A program made the translations under genes and the position numbers. The notes under the pieces were generated by a model. The model did not search any database. It saw nothing but the letters and a program-made list of their open reading frames with translations, and was not told where the DNA came from. DNA of 64,000 nt, taken from contig OZ024740.1 in NCBI GenBank assembly GCA_964016885.1, positions 439,456,001-439,520,000 of the forward strand, given 5' to 3'. The first letter of the stretch is position 1, and every line of letters begins with the position of its first letter. The DNA is from Eledone cirrhosa (taxonomy: Eukaryota). Below, in pieces: positions 1 to 14,285 of this stretch.

Positions 1-3000
1 ATGATATAGATAACACATGATATAGACAACACATGAAATAGACAACAGATGATATAGAATAAATATGATATAGACAACAGATGCTATAGACAACAGATGA
101 TATAGACAACACATGATATAAATAATAGATGATATAGGCAACAGATGATATAGACAACAGATGATATAGACAATAGATGATATAGACTACAGATGATATA
201 ACAACAGATGATATAGACAAAACATGATATAGACAAAAGATTATATAGACAACAGCTGATATAGACAACAGTTGATATAGACAACAGATGATATAGACAA
301 CAGATGATATAGACAACAGATGATATAGACTACAGATGATATAGACAACAAATGATGTAGACAACACCTGATATAGACAACACATGATATAGATAATATA
401 TGATATAGGCAACAGATGATATAGACAACAGATGATGTAGACAACGTATGATATATACAACACCTGATATAGATAACACAGGATATAGATAATAGATGAT
501 ATAGACAACAGATGATATAGACAACAGATGATATAGACAACAGATGATATAGACAACAGATGATATAGATAACACATGATATAGACAACACATGATATAT
601 ATAATAGATGATATAGAGATCAGATGATATAGACAACAGATGAATAGACAACAAATGATATAGACAACAGATGATATAGACAACAGATGATATAGGCATA
701 ACCTGATATAGACAATACCTGATATAGACAACAGATTATATAGACTACATATGATATAGACAACAGATGATATAGAGAACAGATGATATAGACTACATAT
801 GGTATAGAAAAAAGATGATATAGACAACAGATGATATAGATAACACATGATATAGACAACACATGATATAGACAACACATGATTTAGATAATAGGTGATA
901 TAGACATCAGATGATATAGACAACAGATGAATAGACAACAAATGATATAGATAACAGATGATATAGACAACAGACGATATAGACATCACCTGATATAGAC
1001 AATACCTGATATAGACGACAGATGATATAGACTACATATGATATAGACAACAGATGATATAGACAACAGATGATATAGACAACAGATGATATAGACTACA
1101 GATGATATAGACAACAAGTGATATAGACATCACCTGATATAGATAATAGATGATATAGGCAACAGATGATATAGACAACATATGATATAGACAATAGATG
1201 ATATAGACTACAGATGATATAACAACAGATGATATAGACAACACATGATATAGGCAATAGATTATATAGACAACAGATGATATAGACAATAGTTGATATA
1301 TATAATAGATGATATAGACAACAGATGATATAGACAACAAATGATATAGACAACACCTGATATATACAACACATGATATAGGTTATACATGATATAGGCA
1401 ACAGATGATATAGACAACAGATGATGTAGACAATAGAAGATATAGACAACACCTGATATAGACAACACAGGATATAGATAATAGATGATATAGACAACAG
1501 ATGATATAGACAACAGATGATATAGACAACAAATGAATAGACAAAAAATGATATAGACAACAGGTGATATAGACAAAAGATGATAGAGACAACAGATGAT
1601 ATAGACGTCACCTGATATAGACAATACCTGATATAGACAACAGATGATATAGACAACACATGAGATAGACAACATATGATATAGACTACATATGATATAG
1701 ACAACAGATTATATATACAACAGATGATATAGGCAACACGTGATATAGATAATAGATGATATAGGCAACAGATGATATAGACAACAGATGATATAGACAA
1801 TAGATGATATAGACTACAGATGATATAACAACAGATGATATAGATAAAACATGATATAGACAAAAGATTATATAGACAACAGCTGATATAGACAACAGTT
1901 GATATATACAACAGATGATATAGACAACAGATGATATAGACAACAGATGATATAGACTACAGATGATATAGACAACAAATGATGTAGACAACACCTGATA
2001 TAGACAACACATGATATAGATAATATATGATATAGGCAACAGATGATATAGACAACAGATGATGTAGACAACGTATGATATATACAACACCTGATATAGA
2101 TAACACAGGATATAGATAATAGATGATATAGACAACAGATGATATAGACAACAGATGATATAGACAACAGATGATATAGACAACAGATGATATAGATAAC
2201 ACATGATATAGACAACACATGATATATATAATAGATGATATAGAGATCAGATGATATAGACAACAGATGAATAGACAACAAATGATATAGACAACAGATG
2301 ATATAGACAACAGATGATATAGACATCACCTGATATAGACAATACCTGATATAGACAACAGATTATATAGACTACATATGATATAGACAACAGATGATAT
2401 AGAGAACAGATGATATAGACTACATATGGTATAGAAAAAAGATGATATAGACAACAGATGATATAGATAACACATGATATAGACAACACATGATATAGAC
2501 AACACATGATTTAGATAATAGGTGATATAGACATCAGATGATATAGACAACAGATGAATAGACAACAAATGATATAGATAACAGATGATATAGACAACAG
2601 ACGATATAGACATCACCTGATATAGACAATACCTGATATAGACGACAGATGATATAGACTACATATGATATAGACAACAGATGATATAGACAACAGATGA
2701 TATAGACAACAGATGATATAGACTACAGATGATATAGACAACAAGTGATATAGACATCACCTGATATAGATAATAGATGATATAGGCAACAGATGATATA
2801 GACAACATATGATATAGACAATATATGATATAGACTACAGATGATATAACAACAGATGATATAGACAACACATGATATAGACAATAGATTATATAGACAA
2901 CAGATGATATAGACAATAGTTGATATATATAATAGATGATATAGACAACAGATGATATAGACAACAAATGATATAGACAACACCTGATATATACAACACA

Positions 3001-6000
3001 TGATATAGGTTATAGATGATATAGGCAACAGATGATATAGACAACAGATGATGTAGACAATAGAAGATATAGACAACACCTGATATAGACAACACAGGAT
3101 ATAGATAATAGATGATATAGACAAAAGATGATATAGACAACAAATGAATAGACAACAAATGATATAGACGACAGATGATATAGACAACAGATGATAGAGA
3201 CGACAGATGATACAGGCAACATATGATATAGACAAAAGATGAAATAGACAACGCTTGAAATAGACAACACCTGATATAGACAATAGATCATATAAACAAT
3301 ACATGATATATACAAAAGATGTTATAGACAACAGATGATATAGACATCACCTGATATAGACAATAGCTGATATAGACAACAGATGATATAGATAACACAT
3401 GATATAGACAACACATGATATAGACAACATATGATATAGACTACATATGATATAGACAACAGATTATATATACAACAGATGATATAGACAACAGTTGATA
3501 TATAAAACAGATGATATAGACAATAGATGATATAGACAACAGATGATATAGATAATAGATGATATAGGCAACAGATGATATTGACAACAGATGATATAGA
3601 CAATAGATGATATAGACAACATATGATATAGACTACATATGATATAGACAACAGATTATATATACAACAGATGATATAGACAACACATGATATAGATAAG
3701 AGATGATATAGAGAATAGATGATATAGACTACAGATGATATAACAACAGATGATATAGACAACACATGATATAGGCAATAGATTATATAGACAACAGATG
3801 ATATAGACAACAGTTGATATATATTTCAGATGATATAGACAACAGATGATATAGACAACAGATGATATAGACTACAGATGATATAGACAACAAATGATAT
3901 AGACAACACCTGATATAGACAACACCTGATATAGATAATAGATGATATAGGCAACAGATGATATAGACAACAGCTGATGTAGACAACAGATGATAGAGAC
4001 AACACCTGATATAGACAACACAGGATATAGATAATAGATGATATAGACAAAAGATGATATAGACAACACCTGATATATACAACACAGGATATAGATAATA
4101 GATGATATAGACAACAGATGATATAGACAACAGATGATATAGACGACAAATGAATAGACAAAAAATGATATAGACAACAGGTGATATAGACAAAAGATGA
4201 TAGAGACAACAGATGATATAGACGTCACCTGATATAGACAATACCTGATATAGACAACAGATGATATAGACAACACATGAGATAGACAACATATGATATA
4301 GACTACATATGATATAGACAACAGATTATATATACAACAGATGATATAGGCAACACGTGATATAGATAATAGATGATATAGGCAACAGATGATATAGACA
4401 ACAGATCATATAGACAATAGATGATATAGACTACAGATGATATAACAACAGATGATATAGACAACACATGATATAGACAACACATGATATAGATAATAGA
4501 TGATATAGGCAACAGATGATATAGACAACAGATGATGTAGACAACAAATGAATAGAAAACAAATTATATAGACAACAGATGATATAGACAACAGATGAAT
4601 GAGACAACAGATGATACAGGCAACATATGATATAGACAACAGATGATATATACTATTCATGATATAGACAAAATATGATATAGACAACACCTGATATAGA
4701 CAATACCTGATATAGACAACACATGATATAGACAACAGATGATATATACTACATATGGTATAGAAAAAAGATGATATAGCAACAGATGATATAGATAACA
4801 CATGATATAGACAACACATGAAATAGACAACAGATGATATAGAATAAATATGATATAGACAACAGATGCTATAGACAACAGATGATATAGACAACACATG
4901 ATATAAATAATAGATGATATAGGCAACAGATGATATAGACAACAGATGATATAGACAATAGATGATATAGACTACAGATGATATAACAACAGATGATATA
5001 GACAAAACATGATATAGACAAAAGATTATATAGACAACAGCTGATATAGACAACAGTTGATATATACAACAGATGATATAGACAACAGATGATATAGACA
5101 ACAGATGATATAGACTACAGATGATATAGACAACAAATGATGTAGACAACACCTGATATAGACAACACATGATATAGATAATATATGATATAGGCAACAG
5201 ATGATATAGACAACAGATGATGTAGACAACGTATGATATATACAACACCTGATATAGATAACACAGGATATAGATAATAGATGATATAGACAACAGATGA
5301 TATAGACAACAGATGATATAGACAACAGATGATATAGACAACAGATGATATAGATAACACATGATATAGACAACACATGATATATATAATAGATGATATA
5401 GAGATCAGATGATATAGACAACAGATGAATAGACAACAAATGATATAGACAACAGATGATATAGACAACAGATGATATAGACATCACCTGATATAGACAA
5501 TACCTGATATAGACAACAGATTATATAGACTACATATGATATAGACAACAGATGATATAGAGAACAGATGATATAGACTACATATGGTATAGAAAAAAGA
5601 TGATATAGACAACAGATGATATAGATAACACATGATATAGACAACACATGATATAGACAACACATGATTTAGATAATAGGTGATATAGACATCAGATGAT
5701 ATAGACAACAGATGAATAGACAACAAATGATATAGATAACAGATGATATAGACAACAGACGATATAGACATCACCTGATATAGACAATACCTGATATAGA
5801 CGACAGATGATATAGACTACATATGATATAGACAACAGATGATATAGACAACAGATGATATAGACAACAGATGATATAGACTACAGATGATATAGACAAC
5901 CAGTGATATAGACATCACCTGATATAGATAATAGATGATATAGGCAACAGATGATATAGACAACATATGATATAGACAATAGATGATATAGACTACAGAT

Positions 6001-8725
6001 GATATAACAACAGATGATATAGACAACACATGATATAGGCAATAGATTATATAGACAACAGATGATATAGACAATAGTTGATATATATAATAGATGATAT
6101 AGACAACAGATGATATAGACAACAAATGATATAGACAACACCTGATATATACAACACATGATATAGGTTATAGATGATATAGGCAACAGATGATATAGAC
6201 AACAGATGATGTAGACAATAGAAGATCTAGACAACACCTGATATAGACAACACAGGATATAGATAATAGATGATATAGACAACAGATGATATAGACAACA
6301 AATGAATAGACAACAAATGATATAGACGACAGATGATATAGACAACAGATGATAGAGACGACAGATGATACAGGCAACATATGATATAGACAAAAGATGA
6401 AATAGACAACGCTTGAAATAGACAACACCTGATATAGAAAATAGATCATATATACAATACATGATATATACAAAGGATGTTATAGACAACAGATGATATA
6501 GACATCACCTGATATAGACAATAGCTGATATAGACAACAGATGATATAGATAACACATGATATAGACAACACATGATATAGACAAAACATGATATAGATA
6601 ATAGATGATATAGACATCAGATGATATAGACAACAGATGAATAGACAACAAATGATATAGACAACAGATGATATAGACAACAGATGATATAGACATCACC
6701 TGATATAGACAATACCTGATATAGACAACAGATAGATGATATAGACTACATATGATATAGACAACAGATGATATAGACAACAGATGATATAGACTACATA
6801 TGGTATAGAAAAAAGATGATATAGACAACAGATGATATAGATAACACATGATATAGACAACACATGATATAGACAACACATGATATAGATAATAGGTGAT
6901 ATAGACATCAGATGATATAGACAACAGATTAATAGACAACAAATGATATAGATAACAGATGATATAGACAACAGACGATATAGACACCACCCGATATAGA
7001 CAATACCTGATATAGACGACGGATGATATAGACTAAATATGATATAGACAACAGATGCTATAGACAACAGATGATATAGACAACACATGATATAAATAAT
7101 AGATGATATAGGCAACAGATGATATAGACAACAGATGATATAGACAATAGATGATATAGACTACAGATGATATAACAACAGATGATATAGACAACACATG
7201 ATATAGACAATAGATTATATAGACAACAGCTGATATAGACAACAGTTGATATATACAACAGATGATATAGACAACAGATGATATAGACAACAGATGATAT
7301 AGACTATAGATGATATAGACAACAAATGATATAGACAACACCTGATATAGACAACACATGATATAGATAATAGATGATATTGACAACAGATGATATAGAC
7401 AATAGATTATATAGACAACAAATGATATAGACAACAGTTGATATATACAACAGATGATATATACAACACCTGATATAGATAACACAGGATATAGATAATA
7501 GAGGATATAGACAACAGATTATATAGACAACAGGTGATATAGACAACAGATGATGTAGACAACACATGATATAGACAACAGATGATATAGACTACATATG
7601 GTATAGACAAAAGATGATATAGACAACAGATGATATAGATAACACATGATATAGACAACACATGATATATATAATAGATGATATAGACATCAGATGATAT
7701 AGACAACAGATGAATAGACAACAAATGATATAGACAACAGATGATATAGACTACAGATGATATAGACAATAGATTATATAGACAACAGATGATATAGACA
7801 ATAGTTGATATATACAATAGATGATATAGACAACAGATGATATAGACAACAGATGATATAGACTACAGATGATATAGACAACAAATGATATAGACAACAC
7901 CTGATATATACAACACATGATATAGATTATAGATGATATAGGCAATAGATGATATGGACAACAAATGATGTAGACAACATATGATATAGACAATAGATGA
8001 TATAGACTACAGATGATATAACAACAGATGATATAGACAACACATGATATATACAATAGATGATATAGACAACAGATGATATAGACAACAGATGATATAG
8101 ACAACAGATTAATAGACGACAAATGATATAGACAACAGATGATATAGAAAACAGATGATATAGACATCACCTGATATAGACAATACCTGATATAGACAAC
8201 AGATGATATAGACTACATATGATATAGACAACAGATGATATAGACAACAGATGATATAGACAATAGATGATATAGACTACAGATGATACAACAACAGATG
8301 ATGTATACAACCCATGATATAGACAATAGATTATATAGACAACATATGATAAAGACAACAGTTGATATATACAACAGATGATATAGACAACAGATGATAT
8401 AGACAACAAATGATATAGACAACACCTGATCTAGACAAAACATGATGTAGATAATAGATGATATAGGCAACAGATGATATAGACAACAGATGATATAGAC
8501 AATAGATGATAAAGACTACAGATGATGTAACAACAGATGATATAGACAACACATGCTATAGACAATAGATTATATAGACAACAGATGATATAGAGAACAG
8601 TTGATATATACAACAGATGATATAGACAACAGATGATATAGACAACAGATGATATAGACAACAGATGATATAGACAACAAATGATATAGACAACACCTGA
8701 TATAGACAACACATGATATAGATAA
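1..8725 (+). repeat. 16-bp satellite array, left segment (consensus AGATGATATAGACAAC), continues off the window edge
   Basis: Uninterrupted head-to-tail 16-bp monomers with occasional 15-bp variants. Pure consensus runs are visible, e.g. about 500-570. The + strand consensus is 8/16 A. Confidence 0.98.
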
Positions 8726-8748
8726 TCTATATATATAAAACTGTGGTT

Positions 8749-8760
8749 GTCTGTCTGTCT
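8749..8760 (+). repeat. (GTCT)3 microsatellite near the Helitron 5' end, copy 1
   Basis: GTCTGTCTGTCT starts 23 nt inside the 5' terminus. Subterminal GTCY/CTGT microsatellites are known from invertebrate non-autonomous Helitron/Helentron families (Lep1, DINE-1). Confidence 0.8.
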
Positions 8761-9190
8761 ATCGATTTTTGGCACACATCTCCTCTTAGAATCTCTGACG
8801 GAATTGCACTGAAATTGCTATACTTGTACATTGAGCCCTAGCGAAGACATCGGAAAAAATATATTTCAAATTGACCCACCCTATGTGACGAAATCGAATA
8901 TAATGTATCGATTTTTGAGCGTAAGTCATCAGTTATTTCCCTTTGTTCTGTTTACATTGAGCATCGTACGTAAAAAATTACGCTGGCTTTCTCAGCGTTT
9001 AAAATGACATTAACACAATACACAAACAGTTGTCGAGCCAGCAAAATATTGACCTGCAAAATTCATCAGTTCGAACACTAAGCTTCCGTTTTGCTTCATT
9101 TCCATTTAAAAGCATTTTAAAACAATATTTTTACTTGAAAACAAGTCTATTTAAAGACTACGTAAAACAAGCAAATATTTCGTCGTTAGG

Positions 9191-9368
9191 CGTGCAGACA
9201 GACAGTCGTGCAGACAGACAGTCGTGCAGAGAGGTGATATACGCGTGCAGACAGACAGTCGTGCAGAGAGGTGATATAGGCGTGCAGACAGACAGTCGTG
9301 CAGAGAGGTGATATAGGCGTGCAGACAGACAGTCGTGCAGAGAGGTGATATAGGCGTGCAGACAGACA
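9191..9368 (+). repeat. Helitron-internal 37-bp composite minisatellite, copy 1
   Basis: Subunit A = CGTGCAGACAGACAGT (16 bp); subunit B = CGTGCAGAGAGGTGATATA(G/C)G (21 bp). Order is A-A-B-A-B-A-B-A-B-A(partial), with A starts at 9191, 9207, 9244, 9281, 9318 and 9355. Confidence 0.95.
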
Positions 9369-9645
9369 TAACTGATAATTCGGTTTCGCTAATGTTTTTC
9401 TCTGCGTTGCAGTGTTTACATTTTCGATCTTTGTTAATAATTAACCAGTGTAGTTTCTATCCCCAGCATCCTCTTTTGTTATAACATTCGGGTTATCGTT
9501 ATGTTTTCTTAACTTCATAAGGCATATTGTTGGTTGAGGGAATATTAATCAAAAACACCACATGCAAGTCTGCGCAGTAGACACTACAGTTTTTAAGCCA
9601 AGAAAGAAACTTAACATTGTAACTTTAACACAGCTACTGAGCGAC

Positions 9646-9673
9646 CCCGAGCAACGCCGGGCTTTACTGCTAG
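9646..9673 (+). other. Helitron 3' terminal signal (hairpin plus CTAG), copy 1
   Basis: CCCG-A-GC[AAC]GC-CGGG stem-loop with a 1-nt bulge, followed by CTTTACTG and CTAG. Confidence 0.88.
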
Positions 9674-12600
9674 TAGATGATATAGGCAACAGATGATATA
9701 GACAACAGATGATATAGACAATAGATGATATAGACTACAGATGATATAACAACAGATGATATAGACAACACATGATATAGACAATAGATTATATAGACAA
9801 CAGATGATATAGACAACAGTTGATATATACAACAGATGATATAGACAACAGATGATATAGACAACAGATGATATAGACAACAGATGATGTAGACAACAGA
9901 TTGATATAGACAACACATGATATAGACAACACAGGATATAGATAATAGATGATATAGACAACAGATGATATAGACAACAGATGATATGGACAACAAATGA
10001 ATAGACAACAAATGATATAGACAATAGATGATATAGACAACAGATGATAGAGACAACAGATGATACAAGCAACATATGATATAGACAACATATGAAATAG
10101 ACAACAGATGATATAGTCAACACCTGATATAGACAACAGATCATATATACAATACATGATATAGACAAAAGATGATATAGACAACAGATGATAGAGACAA
10201 CAGATGATACAAGCAACATATGATATAGACAACAGATGAAATAGACAACAGATGATATAGTCAACACCTGATATAGACAACAGATCATATATACAATACA
10301 TGATATAGACAAAAGATGATATAGACAACATATGATATAGACATCACCTGATATAGACAACAGATAATATAGACTACATATGGTATAGACAAAAGATGAT
10401 ATTGACAACAGATGATATAGATAACACATGATATAGACAACACATGATATAGACAACACATGATATAGATAATAGATGAGATAGAGATCAGATGATATAG
10501 ACAACAGATGAATAGACAACAAATGATATAGACAACAGATGATATAGACAACAGATGATATAGACAACAGATGATATAGACATCACCTGATATAGACAAT
10601 ACCTGATATAGACAACATATGATATAGACTACATATGATATTGACAACAGATGATATAGACAACATATAATATAGACAATAGATTATATAGACAACAGAT
10701 GATATAGACAATAGTTGATATATACAACAGATGATATAGACAACAGTTGATATAGGCAACAGATGATATAGATAAGAGATGATATAGACAACGAATGATA
10801 TAGACAACACCTGATATAGACAACACAGGATATAGATTATAGATGATATAGACAACAGATGATATAACAACAGATGATATAGACAACAAATGAATAGACA
10901 ACAAATGATATGGACAACAGATGATATAGACAACAGATGATAGAGACAACAGATGATATAGATTACAGATGATATAACAACAGATGATATAGACAACACA
11001 TGACATAGACAATAGATTATATAGACAAAAGCTGATATAGACAACAGATGATATAGACAACAGATGATATAGACAACAGATGATATAGTCAACACCTGAT
11101 ATAGACAACACAGGATATAGATAATACATGATATAGATAACAGATGATATAGACAACAGATGATATAGACAACAAATGAATAGACAACAAATGATATAGA
11201 CAACACATGATATAGATAATAGATGATATAGACATCAGATGATATAGACAACAGATGAATAGACAAAAAATGATATAGACAACAGATGATATAGACAACA
11301 GATGATATAGACATCACCTGATATAGACAATACCTGATATAGACAACATATGATATAGACTACATATGATATAGACAACAGATGATATAGACAACATATG
11401 ATATAGACAACACATGATATAAATAATAGATGATATAGAAAACAGATGATATAGACAACAGATGATATAGACAATAGATGATATAGTCTACAGATGATAT
11501 AACAACAGATGATATAGACAACACATGATATAGACAATAGATTATATAGACAACAGATGATATAGGCAACAGATGATATAGACAACAGATGATGTAGACA
11601 ACAGATTATATAGACAACACCTGATATAGACAACACAGGATATCGATAATAGATGATATAGACAACAGATGATATAGACAACAGATGATATAGACAACAA
11701 ATGAATAGACAACAAATGATATAGACAACAGATGATATAGACAACACCTGATATAGACAACAGATCATATATACAATACATGATATAGACAAAAGATGAT
11801 ATAGACAACAGATGATATAGACATCACCTGATATTGACAATACCTGATATAGACAACAGATGATATAGACAACACATGATATAGACAACACATGATATAG
11901 ACAACACATGATATAGATAATAGATGATATAGACATCAGATGATATAGACAACAGATGAATAGTGAACAAATGATATAGACAACAGATGATATAGACTAC
12001 ATATGATATAGACAACAGATGATATAGACAACAGATGATATAGACAACAGATGATATAGACAAAAGATGATATAGAAAATAGATTATATAGACAACATAT
12101 GATATAGACAAAAGTTGATATATACAACAGATGATATAAGAACAGATGATATAGACAACATATAATATAGACAATAGATTATATAGACAACAGATGATAT
12201 AGACAATAGTTGATATATACAACAGATGATATAGACAACAGATGATATAGGCAACAGATGATATAGACAAGAGATGATATAGACAACAAATGATATAGAC
12301 AACACCTGATATAGACAACACAGGATATAGATTATAGATGATATAGACAACAGATGATATAGACAACAGATGATATAGACAACAAATGAATAGACAACAA
12401 ATGATATAGACAACAGATGATATAGACAACAGATGATAGAGACAAAAGATGATATAGACTACAGATGATATAACAACAGATGATATAGACAACACATGAC
12501 ATAGACAACAGATGATATAGACAAAAGATGATATAGAAAATAGATTATATAGGCAACATATGATATAGACAAAAGTTGATATAGACAACAGATGATATAG

Positions 12601-13365
12601 ACAACAGATGATATAGACAACAAATGAATAGACAACAAATGATATAGACAACAGATGATATAGACAACAAATGAATAGACAACAAATGATATAGACAACA
12701 GATGATATAGACAACAGATGATGTAGACAACAGATGATATAGACAACACCTGATATAGACAACACAGGATATAGATAATACATGATATAGACAACAGATG
12801 ATATAGACAACAGATGATATAGACAACACATGATATAGATAATAGATGATATAGACATCAGATGATATAGACAACAGATGAATAGACAAAAAATGATATA
12901 GACAACAGATGAAATAGACAACAGATGATATAGACATCACTTGATATAGACAATACCTGATATAGACAACAGATGATATAGACTACATATGATATAGACA
13001 ACAGAATATAGACAACAGATGATATAGACAACAGATGATATAGTCAATAGATGATATAGACTACAGATGATATAACAACAGATGATAAAGACTACATATG
13101 GTATAGACAAAATATGATATAGACAACAGATGATATAGATAACACATGATATAGACAACACATGATATAGACAACACATGATATAGATAATAGATGATAT
13201 AGACATCAGATGATATAGACAACAGATGAATAGACAACAAATGATATAGACAACAGATGATATAGACAACAGATGATATAGACAACAGATGATATAGACA
13301 ACAGATGATATAGACAACAAATGATATAGACAACACCTGATATAGACAACACATGATATAGATAA
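9674..13365 (+). repeat. 16-bp satellite array, segment between the two Helitron copies
   Basis: Same monomer and orientation. The array resumes in exact phase after CTAG. Confidence 0.98.
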
Positions 13366-13830
13366 TCTATATATATAAAACTGTGGTTGTCTGTCTGTCT
13401 ATCGATTTTTGGCACACATCTCCTCTTAGAATCTCTGACGGAATTGCACTGAAATTGCTATACTTGTACATTGAGCCCTAGCGAAGACATCGGAAAAAAT
13501 ATATTTCAAATTGACCCACCCTATGTGACGAAATCGAATATAATGTATCGATTTTTGAGCGTAAGTCATCAGTTATTTCCCTTTGTTCTGTTTACATTGA
13601 GCATCTTACGTAAAAAATTACGCTGGCTTTCTCAGCGTTTAAAATGACATTAACACAATACACAAACAGTTGTCGAGCCAGCAAAATATTGACCTGCAAA
13701 ATTCATCAGTTCGAACACTAAGCTTCCGTTTTGCTTCATTTCCATTTAAAAGCATTTTAAAACAATATTTTTACTTGAAAACAAGTCTATTTAAAGACTA
13801 CGTAAAACAAGCAAATATTTCGTCGTTAGG

Positions 13831-14008
13831 CGTGCAGACAGACAGTCGTGCAGACAGACAGTCGTGCAGAGAGGTGATATACGCGTGCAGACAGACAGTC
13901 GTGCAGAGAGGTGATATAGGCGTGCAGACAGACAGTCGTGCAGAGAGGTGATATAGGCGTGCAGACAGACAGTCGTGCAGAGAGGTGATATAGGCGTGCA
14001 GACAGACA
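13831..14008 (+). repeat. Helitron-internal 37-bp composite minisatellite, copy 2
   Basis: Appears identical to 9191-9368 at offset 4,640. Confidence 0.95.
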
Positions 14009-14285
14009 TAACTGATAATTCGGTTTCGCTAATGTTTTTCTCTGCGTTGCAGTGTTTACATTTTCGATCTTTGTTAATAATTAACCAGTGTAGTTTCTAT
14101 CCCCAGCATCCTCTTTTGTTATAACATTCGGGTTATCGTTATGTTTTCTTAACTTCATAAGGCATATTGTTGGTTGAGGGAATATTAATCGAAAACACCA
14201 CATGCAAGTCTGCGCAGTAGACACTACAGTTTTTAAGCCAAGAAAGAAACTTAACATTGTAACTTTAACACAGCTACTGAGCGAC

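Larger units (their letters stand above)
8726..9673 (+). mobile_element. Non-autonomous Helitron (rolling-circle transposon), 948 bp, copy 1
   Basis: Begins TCTATATATATAAAA at 8726 and ends CTAG at 9670-9673. The GC hairpin CCCGAGCAACGCCGGG (9646-9661) ends 8 nt before CTAG. Flanks are ...GATAA|TAGATG..., an A|T insertion with no TSD, and removing the element restores the common satellite string CACATGATATAGATAATAGATGATATAGGCAAC. No Rep/helicase ORF. Confidence 0.93.

Noticed and set aside
8431-8775. ORF beginning MPKIDRQTDNHSFIYID (also 13206-13415)
   Set aside because: It is an antisense reading of the Helitron 5' end and GTCT microsatellite running into the stop-poor satellite strand.
9030-9311. 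93-aa + strand ORF inside the Helitron (also 13670-13951), and overlapping minus-strand ORFs 9151-9369, 13791-14009 and 14081-14329
   Set aside because: They are short, use non-ATG or weak starts, and most run into the 37-bp minisatellite. They lack HUH Rep and PIF1 helicase motifs.
9191-9368. 37-bp periodic repeat as a CRISPR array
   Set aside because: There are no unique spacers (both subunits repeat), no cas genes, and the repeat lies inside a Helitron.
9646-9669. Hairpin as a bacterial rho-independent terminator
   Set aside because: It has only a 3-nt T tract and no upstream gene. Its position 8 nt before the terminal CTAG matches the Helitron 3' signal.
9671-9676. TAGTAG at the right junction as a target-site duplication
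   Set aside because: The first TAG belongs to the Helitron CTAG end and the second to the satellite. The left junction has no matching duplicate.
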